From an uncultured Gammaproteobacteria bacterium (GTDB taxonomy: Bacteria; Pseudomonadota; Gammaproteobacteria; Competibacterales; Competibacteraceae), in assembly GCA_963696325.1 (NCBI GenBank), contig CAVOJV010000020.1:1-30856 (forward strand): a stretch of DNA of 30,856 nucleotides. The letters are read 5' to 3'. The notes beneath the pieces are model-generated. The model saw only the letters and a list, made by a program, of their open reading frames with translations. It was not told the DNA's origin and searched no databases. This document shows positions 1-7,763 of this stretch, piece by piece; positions within the stretch are counted from its first letter, which is position 1, and every line of letters starts with the position of its first letter. A program made the translations under genes and the position numbers.

Positions 1-1302
1 TATACCTCCAGACCCGTAACCGCCTCTGGATTCGGCTGGCGTTGGTAGGCCTTCAGGTCGGCATAGAGATCCCAGATCTCGCCGCGCACCCGTGCCAGAT
101 CCTGACGATGCTGATCATTGAGCGGGATGAGCTTGTGAACAAGGCGTTCGGCGTGAACCCAGCACAAGGCATGGCGCAGAATCGCAAACTGTCCGGCACC
201 ATCGCTGACGATGGCCAAGTCTGTGGAAAGTCCTTGCTCCAGCAAGCCGCCGAGCAAGCCGCCTTCGGTGGCGATGCGGCGATGGCGCTCGGTGGCGATG
301 CCGAGGGTATCGAGTGTTTCTCCCAGGCCTCTGCCGTCGCGAGTTCCTGCGTCGGATGGCGCTCCAGGCGCTGCAACGGCGCCTTGGGCAGCCCCTGCTC
401 GCGCGCATACTCGAGCGCCTCCATAGTGATGCAATAGCGGCGTTCCCCGGCTTGCAGGAGCTGGAGAAAATTGATCCGGCTCTTACTCTCGGTGCTGCAA
501 AACCAGGCGAAGAGGTCGTTCCCAATCTGGGTGACGTAGCCGTTCTTGCCCTGATGCCGCGCCCCCGAATGATCGACCGTGATGAAGGAGCTGACCGCCA
601 AGCCAACCTGCAGCAGCCCATCCTTCTCCGCAAAGAACGGTTCGTTGTGGTCGCTGAGGAGGGCATCGATCTGCCCCACGGAGAGGTCGATGCCCCATTC
701 GAGCAGTTGCTCGCGCAATAACGGCTGGGTGACGTGGCAATGATGGTGCTGGTAGAGCAGATAGGCCCGCAAGCCCGGACCGAAGTGCCCGCCATGAAGC
801 GTCGGCGGCAGTTCCCCGCACAACCATTCCCCCTCCGGGGTCTGCCAGACCTCCAGACGATAGCGGATGTTGTGGGGTGGACCTTCAAGTCCTGAACGAT
901 GAAGTGACGATATCCCTTGAAGCGCGAGTCCGGCGGCAGCGGTTGGCTCGGCGGGATCAGGCAATCCTCGTGGATGCTCAACTGCGCCGTCTTATGCCGC
1001 TTGGCCAAACCCGCTCGCTTGCCGCTGGCCTCGGCCGAGGACCCAGTCCTTGCCTCCGGATCGCGCTGACCTTCCATCCCGCTGGGCTTGAACGTCGGCT
1101 TCGCCTTCTCGCCCTTGAGCACCGCAATCTCATCGCGCAACTGTTGGATGGTTTCCGCCTGCCGGTGGGTTTCCTCAGCCAACCGTTCGATCAGCGCCAC
1201 CAATTGCTCGACCACCGGGGTGCGTTCCGCGTCGGGGATGTCGGGTAGTTGGATCGGGGTGGGCATGTCTGAGGAACGATTCTGAGGTGAGGATTGGTAC
1301 AC
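1..1302 (-). mobile_element. Partial, frameshifted IS66-family transposase (TnpC-like). The N-terminal leucine-zipper part is in ORF 115..1302; the HTH/DDE part is in ORF 53..964, a different frame. It is probably truncated at the window edge, since the expected ~150 aa C-terminus is absent.
   Basis: The N-terminus 'MPTPIQLPDIPDAERTPVVEQLVALIERLAEE…LRDEIAVLKGEKAKPTFKPSGME' is a coiled-coil region. The second frame carries 'LLYQHHHCHVTQPLLREQLLEWGIDLSVGQIDALL', matching the IS66 HTH pattern 'LPLYRQ…GVDLDRSTLADW'. It also carries 'HALCWVHAERLVHKL', matching the IS66 DDE-region pattern 'AYCWAHARRKLYD'. The frame break lies near 900-965. Confidence 0.65.
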
Positions 1303-1336
1303 TTTAACAGGTATCGTCGGTGATGGCTGCCATGAC

Positions 1337-1738
1337 TTATTGAGAAGTTACGTTTAATTCTTCTAACTTCTCTAATTCCTTAATATTTTTTTCCAGTGCC
1401 TCCACTTGCTCCAAAAGTAGACGTATATCCTCGTTGGTAGGCACTCCTAAGCGGCTTAGAGCGCGTGCGACCCGCTTTTGAAATACTTCTTCCAGCTTAT
1501 TCCATGTATCGGCAGCTTTATCCTTAATATACTCAACCTTTTTACCGCTTACTTTCTTGATGCGAGCCTCCAATTTCTCTCCCTCTACAACCAGTGTTTC
1601 AAAAAATTTACCGCCTTCTCTTTCAGCTTTCGCAAAAGCACCGAGACCGGCTAGCCAAATCTGGCGAGCAGAATCCACGACGACGGTTGCTATTTGATTT
1701 TCATCAAGTTCAGCTTTGATAATCATCATATTATCCAA
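1337..1738 (-). CDS. Phasin-family protein (PHA granule-associated protein, TIGR01837-like).
   Basis: The protein contains 'ARQIWLAGLGAFAKAEREGGKFFETLVVEGEKLE…', a typical phasin signature, and is 133 aa long. The gene and its 200 bp upstream region (1739-1930) are markedly AT-rich compared with the GC-rich flanks. Confidence 0.8.
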   Translation of the reverse strand: MDNMMIIKAELDENQIATVVVDSARQIWLAGLGAFAKAEREGGKFFETLVVEGEKLEARIKKVSGKKVEYIKDKAADTWNKLEEVFQKRVARALSRLGVPTNEDIRLLLEQVEALEKNIKELEKLEELNVTSQ

Positions 1739-1977
1739 TCTATATTAAACAAGGAAAATTTTAAAAAGTTTAGTGATGAAAATTAGACTAAACATACTAA
1801 ATCAATAAACACCAGCTAATCCGGATTATTCATAAAAAAGCGTTAATATAACTTAAAATATTGATATATTTATATTTATACTTGATAATCGAGTTTTAGG
1901 ATGAAACATTCGGGCTAGACCTGTGGGGTGATAAGCACTAACTGATTTTCCTGCTGGAGCCGATCACACGGCCCTTC

Positions 1978-2193
1978 CTAAGAGCTCATCGACTCTTGCA
2001 GGATTTCCCTCGTCAACAGTTTCGCAAAGTCAGCACCGCTCCCTCGACTGCTAGCCAACGGCACTTCCAGACTATCCCCATCCAGGTTCAGCACGTCGAG
2101 CTCGGGGTCCGGCATGTCGCCCGAGGGCGACTGACTGACTGCGATTTTCTTGGCGATCAGGCTGAGGCAATCGTTCTGGGCCCTGTTGAGCAA
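1978..2193 (-). CDS. Hypothetical small ORF of 71 aa with no recognisable domain; it may be spurious.
   Basis: It is an open frame only. It sits between the AT-rich phasin upstream region and the zinc-ribbon gene, and its composition is not obviously coding. Confidence 0.15.
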   Translation of the reverse strand: MLNRAQNDCLSLIAKKIAVSQSPSGDMPDPELDVLNLDGDSLEVPLASSRGSGADFAKLLTREILQESMSS

Positions 2194-2210
2194 CGACTAA
2201 CCATCCGTGC

Positions 2211-3299
2211 CTACGGGTGCTGACCCGCCACAGTCATGATGATGGCGAGCACGGCGATAGCCACCAGCACCGCGGTGGTAATCTTAATCCAGCTATAGGG
2301 CCGCTCGCCCTGCACCTCACCGGTCCGCCCGTTGACCACGAAGCGGTAGGACTTGTCGCCAACCCGGTAGGCCGCGAGATAAATAGGGAGCAGGATGTGT
2401 TTGCAGGTGATATGGTCATGGCGGGTTTGCACGCCATGGATGCGCTGCTCATCACCACCGATGTCTTGCCTGATATCCTCATTGATTTGGACAGCCATGA
2501 GGTCCTTCGCGCTCTCGAAGCCCTGCTGCACATCGACCTGATAGGCTTCGGTGCGAAAGCCGCTCAAGTATTGTTCGCTGTAGGGCACCAGGTTCTCCAA
2601 ATCCCAGGGTTCCAGGCGTTCCGTCTGGCTCCTGGGTAGAGAGCTACTAGCCAATGCCAGGATATCGTCGAAGTCGCGCCACACCGTGCCGCTTGCCGGA
2701 TACCAGTTGGTTCGCCGCACCTGCCGGGTGCGCTGCACAAGCCGGCCGTTTTCCTCCTCCGTGTAGGTTTCCGTCACATAATAGTAATCGCCCCGCTGCC
2801 CGGTGTAAGAACTGGTGGTGGAACAGTCAAAGGTCCAATAGGGAATATACATGCCGGACAGGCCGCCGCCTTGGCGGGCATAGTGCTTGACCTTATTGGG
2901 CGCGAACCACAGGCTTTGCAGCCAGGCGGCGAAGCGTTCGCGGGCCTGCTGGTCGGTGAGTGCGAATGGCAACAGCGACTGGGGTTTGAGGGCTACGCCT
3001 TTGTGGGTGTCTTCCAGCACGACCGGAGTGCCGCAGAAAGGGCAGTCCGCCGAACGGACGACGGGATCCAGGGTGAATTCCGCCGCGCAGTTGCCGCATT
3101 TCACTGTAATGCTTTCAAGCACCGGCTGGGCTTTCACCAACTCGGCCAGGGCGGCATGGTAGTCCAGTTCCTCGATGGCCGCCTCGGCTTGGGAAATCTT
3201 ATTTTCATGCCCGCAGTAGGAACACTTGAGGCTGGCCGTGCCTGGCGCGAACTGGAGCGAGGCCCCGCAGGCTTCGCAGGGAAAGCGAGTCTGTTCCAT
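2211..3299 (-). CDS. Double zinc-ribbon protein with a C-terminal transmembrane anchor, the downstream partner of the SPFH gene. It is YdjG-like and possibly DUF4178-like. The start is placed at the MEQTRF methionine rather than the ORF-track upstream methionine.
   Basis: Two CxxC…CxxC pairs are present ('CEACGASL…CSYCGHEN' and 'CGNCAAEF…CPFCGTPV'). A C-terminal hydrophobic helix 'ITTAVLVAIAVLAIIMTVAG' follows. There is an 11-nt gap to the upstream SPFH gene on the same strand. Confidence 0.75.
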   Translation of the reverse strand: MEQTRFPCEACGASLQFAPGTASLKCSYCGHENKISQAEAAIEELDYHAALAELVKAQPVLESITVKCGNCAAEFTLDPVVRSADCPFCGTPVVLEDTHKGVALKPQSLLPFALTDQQARERFAAWLQSLWFAPNKVKHYARQGGGLSGMYIPYWTFDCSTTSSYTGQRGDYYYVTETYTEEENGRLVQRTRQVRRTNWYPASGTVWRDFDDILALASSSLPRSQTERLEPWDLENLVPYSEQYLSGFRTEAYQVDVQQGFESAKDLMAVQINEDIRQDIGGDEQRIHGVQTRHDHITCKHILLPIYLAAYRVGDKSYRFVVNGRTGEVQGERPYSWIKITTAVLVAIAVLAIIMTVAGQHP

Positions 3300-3310
3300 G
3301 TTGGATATCG

Positions 3311-4615
3311 TTACTGGGGTGGCAGCGGCGGCGGCGCGCTGCCAAACAGTGCGTTGAGTTCCGCCACTTCGGCGGCGGGCTGCCATGCGCTCATCCCTTG
3401 CGTCCAGACCAGGGTGTCACGGCTAAGCTGGCCGCCCTGTGCCTGCTTCGTCAGGGCATCCAGGGCGAAAGGCCCAGCCTGCTGGCCGTTGATCGACAGG
3501 TAATAGGCCGCGGGCACCGGTGGCGGCGGCGCCTGGGCGAACAGATCGGCCAGCTCGCCGATCCCGCCCGCGGCCTGCCAGTTCGCCATCCCCTGTTTCC
3601 AGACCAGGGTGTCGCGGGTGAACTGGCCACCCTGGACCAGCTTGCTCAGGGCGTCCTTGGCAAACGGCCCTGCCTGTTGCTGGTTTAGATGTGCAAAGAA
3701 ACCGGCCACCGGTACCGGCGGCGGAGCGGCGCTCGCCACCGGCTGAGGAGCGCCTGGCTGGGCACTCGCGAGGGTCTGGCCGAACTGCTGGGCCAATACC
3801 ACTCCCAATCCCATGCCCATGCCGCCGCCCGCCGGTCCCGGGTTCTCGGCCGCCGCCCGCATGGACTCCGCCGCCTGGAACTGGGCATATTGATTGAGAT
3901 TACCGACGATGCCCATGCTGGAACGCTTGTCCATCGCCGCTTCCACCTCGGGTGGCAGGGAGATGTTTTCCACCAGCAATTTGGTCAGGGTCAGGCCGTA
4001 GGCTTGAAATTCGGGAGCGATGGTATTGGTGATGAACTCGCTCAACTGGGTGTAATTGGCGGCCAGGTCCAGGACCGGAATATTGGCCTTGGCCACGGCG
4101 TTAGTGAAGCGCGAGACGATGATGTTGCGCAACTGCTCGGCGATTTCGTCGGTGGTGAAGTGGCTGTCGGTACCGACGATTTCCTTGATAAACGCCGCCG
4201 CATCGGTTACCCGGAAAGCATAAGTGCCAAAAGCCCGCAGGCGCACCATCTGAAACTCCGGGTCGCGGAGCATGACCGGATTCATCGTGCCCCATTTGAA
4301 GTCGGTGAACTGGCGGGTATTGACGAAGTAAACCTCCGCCTTGAAGGGGCTGGCGAGGCCGTATTTCCAACCCTGCAAGGTCGAGAGAATGGGAACGTTC
4401 TTGGTTTCCAGGGTATACATGCCGGGCGCGAAAACATCAGCGATTTGCCCCTCGTTCACGAACACCGCCATCTGGGATTGGCGCACCGTGAGCTGGGCGC
4501 CGTACTTAATCTCGTTACCGTAGCGTTCGAAACGATACACCAGGGTGTCGTTGGAATCATCGGTCCATTCGATGATGTCGATGAATTCGCCGGTTATCTT
4601 GCCCCACAGTGACAT
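3311..4615 (-). CDS. SPFH/Band-7 (Band_7_1, PF13421-type, YdjI-like) protein with two C-terminal GYF_2/DUF4339 repeats.
   Basis: The N-terminus 'MSLWGKITGEFIDIIEWTDDSNDTLVYRF…' is typical of Band_7_1 proteins. The C-terminus carries two ~55-aa repeats, 'FFAHLNQQQAGPFAKDALSKLVQGGQFTRDTLVWKQGMANWQAAG' and 'YYLSINGQQAGPFALDALTKQAQGGQLSRDTLVWTQGMSAWQPAA', which fit the DUF4339 pattern. The repeats are separated by Pro/Ala linkers. An AAGGAG Shine-Dalgarno sequence lies 7 nt upstream of the ATG. Confidence 0.85.
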   Translation of the reverse strand: MSLWGKITGEFIDIIEWTDDSNDTLVYRFERYGNEIKYGAQLTVRQSQMAVFVNEGQIADVFAPGMYTLETKNVPILSTLQGWKYGLASPFKAEVYFVNTRQFTDFKWGTMNPVMLRDPEFQMVRLRAFGTYAFRVTDAAAFIKEIVGTDSHFTTDEIAEQLRNIIVSRFTNAVAKANIPVLDLAANYTQLSEFITNTIAPEFQAYGLTLTKLLVENISLPPEVEAAMDKRSSMGIVGNLNQYAQFQAAESMRAAAENPGPAGGGMGMGLGVVLAQQFGQTLASAQPGAPQPVASAAPPPVPVAGFFAHLNQQQAGPFAKDALSKLVQGGQFTRDTLVWKQGMANWQAAGGIGELADLFAQAPPPPVPAAYYLSINGQQAGPFALDALTKQAQGGQLSRDTLVWTQGMSAWQPAAEVAELNALFGSAPPPLPPQ

Positions 4616-4649
4616 GGCTGGCTCCTTGCGGCGCGCGCGGCACGCTGTT

Positions 4650-4679
4650 AATGGATTGGTAAAGGATTTTTAGCCTGAT
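4650..4679 (-). promoter_or_regulatory. Candidate sigma70-type promoter for the SPFH/zinc-ribbon operon (-35 TTGACC, -10 TAAAAA, 18-nt spacer, read on the minus strand).
   Basis: The reverse complement of 4650-4679 reads TTGACC-N18-TAAAAA(T), about 35 nt upstream of the SPFH start codon. Confidence 0.3.
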
Positions 4680-4748
4680 GCCAATACTAGGTCAAGCAGC
4701 GCCTGCCGGCAAAGTGGCCATGGGAAAATAGTGTATTCGGCGCCGGCA

Positions 4749-6422
4749 TCACCGCGGAGACTCCAGGTGGAAATAGGCCGTGAGGGTCTTGAGGCGGGGA
4801 TCGTCGATTGGCCGACCCACCGTGAAATGGTACAGGCTCTGCCAGGAGTGGTCTTCGATCCCCAGGATCTGGTGCATGACGTCGTCGAAGAAGCAGCCGA
4901 TGCCGGTGGCGCGAAGGCCCGCCGCTTCCGCCTCCAGGTATAAGATCTGGCCGATCAGTCCCGTTTCCCAGAACAGGCGCGGATAGAACCACGCTCCTTG
5001 CTGGTTCAGGCTGGGCTCGAATTCAGCGAGCATGCCCAGCGCGAAGGCGCCCTCGGCGGCGATGTCCTGATGGCAACTGATGATCCGCGCCGTGTCCCGG
5101 GCATCGCCCGTAAAGAGCAGATACAGATCCAGCAGGTCCGGGCAAGTGGACGGTTTTTGCCAAAGAAACTCCTGGCGCAGTGTGGTCCGCAACACGTCCC
5201 GATGGGACGGGTCCCGCGCGAGCAGATACAACCCAGGCTCCAAACCGCTGACTCGATGGACAAACAACGCCAGCGACACCCGTGGCCGCCAAGGCAAGGA
5301 TTGAAACACGGGTGACAGCCGGGGCGTGACCCGCGCCAGCATATGATAGAAAACCTCCCGATCGATTTCGGTGCGCCCGTCCATGGCCACCGCGCTGCGC
5401 CGTTGGCGGATGATACGCCGCGCGGGTAGTGCACGTTCGGGCAATAGACCCGTGCCAGAACCCTCAATAACGGCCACCACGCTGGGATACGGCAAGCCTG
5501 ACCGACCATCATACCGGGTCGCCGCTGCGACCGCGTCGATGATGGGCCAGGGCTGGTGGTCCCTGCTCAATCGGTTTTCCGTCCCTACCCACTCGGCATC
5601 CGCCAGTGGTGCCAGCCCGTCGGGCCGTAACTTTAGTTCGACAGCGGCCGGTTCCGACCCCTCCCCCACCGGAAACACCGCCAGCAGGCAGTCCGGATGT
5701 TCGGCTTCCGGACCGCTTTGGCGATGTATGCCCAATAACAGCGCGAGTTCGCGATTGGCGATGGTGTCCAGCAAGCGAACCCGCCAGCCCAGCGCGGCCG
5801 ACGCCAGAACCACCGCACCGATGGCATGCCCGATATCATGTTGGCAATAACGGAATGCCCGTTCACCATACTTCCATGCCTCCCGCCAATAAATAGACGA
5901 CAGCCCCACCAGTACGCAGTCACTGGGCAGTTGCTGGGCAAGCGCCTGCCATTGATCATGCGCCAGCTCCAGCCGCCGTTCCAGCGCGTGCTCGAAGGGC
6001 GAATAGTGGTACACGCCCGCCGTCGTGCTCAAACCATTGATGGCGCCGGCAATCAAATACCCTTCCGTGGGATGCAGATCGCCGCTGGAGGGATTGACCC
6101 GTAGCGACCAGCGCCCTGCGCCCTTGACCTCCTTCCAGGCCGACAGCGCCAGGCTGTCATAGAACAACTGGCTGATCGTCGCGCGATTTACCGGCCGAGG
6201 CTGGCTGGGCCGCGTTGCAAACAGCTCGTCAAAATACGGCTCAGCGCTTACGGCGGGATGCTCCAGGGGCAGGCGAGGTGCGCCCGCGAAGCGCCGAAAC
6301 GGATCGGGTTGGGTCGCCCAGTCGAGATAGCCCAGGGAACGCGCGTAGGCATTGGGATGATGCTTGGTGCGTTCATGGTAACCGAGCACTTGCTCGATTG
6401 GGTCTTGCGGTTCGTCTTGCAT
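4749..6422 (-). CDS. SagB-type dehydrogenase / tandem nitroreductase-fold protein (SagB/ThcOx family, ~557 aa).
   Basis: The N-terminus 'VLGYHERTKHH' and the two-domain length are characteristic of the SagB-type dehydrogenase domain (TIGR03605-like), with a C-terminal FMN-type nitroreductase half. No YcaO or cyclodehydratase gene lies nearby. Confidence 0.7.
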   Translation of the reverse strand: MQDEPQDPIEQVLGYHERTKHHPNAYARSLGYLDWATQPDPFRRFAGAPRLPLEHPAVSAEPYFDELFATRPSQPRPVNRATISQLFYDSLALSAWKEVKGAGRWSLRVNPSSGDLHPTEGYLIAGAINGLSTTAGVYHYSPFEHALERRLELAHDQWQALAQQLPSDCVLVGLSSIYWREAWKYGERAFRYCQHDIGHAIGAVVLASAALGWRVRLLDTIANRELALLLGIHRQSGPEAEHPDCLLAVFPVGEGSEPAAVELKLRPDGLAPLADAEWVGTENRLSRDHQPWPIIDAVAAATRYDGRSGLPYPSVVAVIEGSGTGLLPERALPARRIIRQRRSAVAMDGRTEIDREVFYHMLARVTPRLSPVFQSLPWRPRVSLALFVHRVSGLEPGLYLLARDPSHRDVLRTTLRQEFLWQKPSTCPDLLDLYLLFTGDARDTARIISCHQDIAAEGAFALGMLAEFEPSLNQQGAWFYPRLFWETGLIGQILYLEAEAAGLRATGIGCFFDDVMHQILGIEDHSWQSLYHFTVGRPIDDPRLKTLTAYFHLESPR

Positions 6423-6521
6423 ACAGTCGATCTTTCGCCAGCGCTATATGGCACGCATGCCAGGTTGTCGGGACACCCAGGGAGCTGGCAGTATAGCCAC
6501 CATAGGACTTACGTAACATTG

Positions 6522-6541
6522 TCATTCCGACGAAAGTCGGA
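6522..6541. other. Perfect hairpin in the divergent intergenic region: 8-bp stem ATTCCGAC/GTCGGAAT with a GAAA tetraloop.
   Basis: The sequence 'attccgac gaaa gtcggaat' is read directly. It lies between the SagB-type gene start (6422, minus strand) and the CDF gene start (6644, plus strand). Confidence 0.35.
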
Positions 6542-6643
6542 ATCCAGCAACCCAACGAAAAACTGGATACCGGCTTGCGCTGGTATGATGAACGTGGGTG
6601 GTATTGCTTAAGTCATGCACCATTATTGGTTCTGGAGGCCATC

Positions 6644-7591
6644 ATGCATACCCAAACCCTTAACCATTGGCAGCACGATCACGCCTTCGACCAGCAGCAC
6701 GCGCGCCTGGGCGAACGGCGTACGCTGATCGTGATCGTGATTACGGCCATCATGATGGTCGTCGAGATCGCCGCTGGCATCGGCTATGGTTCCATGGCCC
6801 TGCTGGCGGATGGGTTGCATATGAGTTCGCATGCCGCCGCGCTGAGCATCACGGCTATTGCCTACGTCTATGCCCGCCGCCATGCCCATGACCATCGCTT
6901 CAGTTTCGGCACCGGCAAGATCAATGCTCTGGCGGGTTTTACCAGCGCGTTGCTGCTGGCCGGGTTCGCCTTGCTGATGGCTTGGGAAAGCGCGCAGCGA
7001 TTTTTTAATCCAATCGACATCGTCTTCAACCAGGCTATCGCCGTCGCATTCCTCGGTCTTGCCGTCAACGCCGCCAGTGTGGCCGTGCTCGGCGGGCATC
7101 ACGATGATCATAACCACGATCATTCCGATCACGATCACGATCATCATCCGCACGGCCATGCGCACGGCGATCACAATCTGCGGGCCGCCTATCTACACGT
7201 CCTCGCGGACGCCTTGACCTCGCTGCTGGCCATCGTCGCCCTGCTCGCGGGCAAATGGTTTGGCCTGAACTGGATGGACCCGATGATGGGCATTGTGGGT
7301 GCGCTTCTCGTTGCGCGCTGGTCATGGAGTTTACTGCGTGACACCAGCCGCGTGCTCTTGGATTACCAAGCCCCGCGCCCTATTCACAGTGCGGTCATCG
7401 AGGCGATTGAAAGCCACGACGATAACCGCATCACGGATCTGCATATCTGGTCGATCGGCCCCAATATATACGCGGCGCTGATCGCGCTGGTCACCGCCGC
7501 ACCCAAGCCGCCCGAACACTATGTGGCCATGGTTCCCAGCCATCTTGGATTGGTGCATGCGACGGTGGAGGTTCACCACTGCCAGCATTGA
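6644..7591 (+). CDS. czcD: Cation diffusion facilitator (CzcD/ZitB-like Zn/Co/Cd efflux transporter) with a His-rich cytoplasmic loop.
   Basis: It has six transmembrane-like segments, the loop 'HHDDHNHDHSDHDHDHHPHGHAHGDH', and a typical CDF C-terminal domain. The start is placed at MHTQTL, with a GGAGG Shine-Dalgarno sequence 7 nt upstream. Confidence 0.85.
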   Translation: MHTQTLNHWQHDHAFDQQHARLGERRTLIVIVITAIMMVVEIAAGIGYGSMALLADGLHMSSHAAALSITAIAYVYARRHAHDHRFSFGTGKINALAGFTSALLLAGFALLMAWESAQRFFNPIDIVFNQAIAVAFLGLAVNAASVAVLGGHHDDHNHDHSDHDHDHHPHGHAHGDHNLRAAYLHVLADALTSLLAIVALLAGKWFGLNWMDPMMGIVGALLVARWSWSLLRDTSRVLLDYQAPRPIHSAVIEAIESHDDNRITDLHIWSIGPNIYAALIALVTAAPKPPEHYVAMVPSHLGLVHATVEVHHCQH

Positions 7592-7763
7592 TTCCAAGTT
7601 GCGAGCTGAAACTTACTTTCATTCATTTGTCGGGGTTGGTGCGGATGAGGTGAAGGAAATGGCGTGTGATCCAACGTGCGTTAGAGCTCCCATTTGGTGT
7701 TCCGCTGTGGTCCACACTTGTGCTGGCTTGTTTCAAAACCTCTGGGAAACGCTACCAACCCTG

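Noticed and set aside
42-721. Plus-strand ORFs 42..437, 211..426 and 314..721 (71-135 aa).
   Set aside because: They are antisense to the IS66-family transposase frames. Their Ala/Arg/Pro-rich composition is typical of wrong-strand ORFs in GC-rich DNA.
3689-4612. 307-aa plus-strand ORF opposite the SPFH gene.
   Set aside because: It is the antisense frame of a well-supported SPFH CDS and has no recognisable features.
6480-6560. Possible tRNA-like segment (GGAGCTGGCAGTATAGCC… …GTCGGAATCC).
   Set aside because: It cannot be folded into a cloverleaf, since it has no proper D-arm/anticodon/T-arm spacing and no CCA-proximal acceptor pairing. The GTCGGAATCC belongs to a simple tetraloop hairpin.
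6623-7174. 183-aa minus-strand ORF rich in His/Asp/Met repeats.
   Set aside because: It mirrors the His-rich loop of the CDF gene on the opposite strand. The CDF frame has clear transmembrane topology and family motifs.
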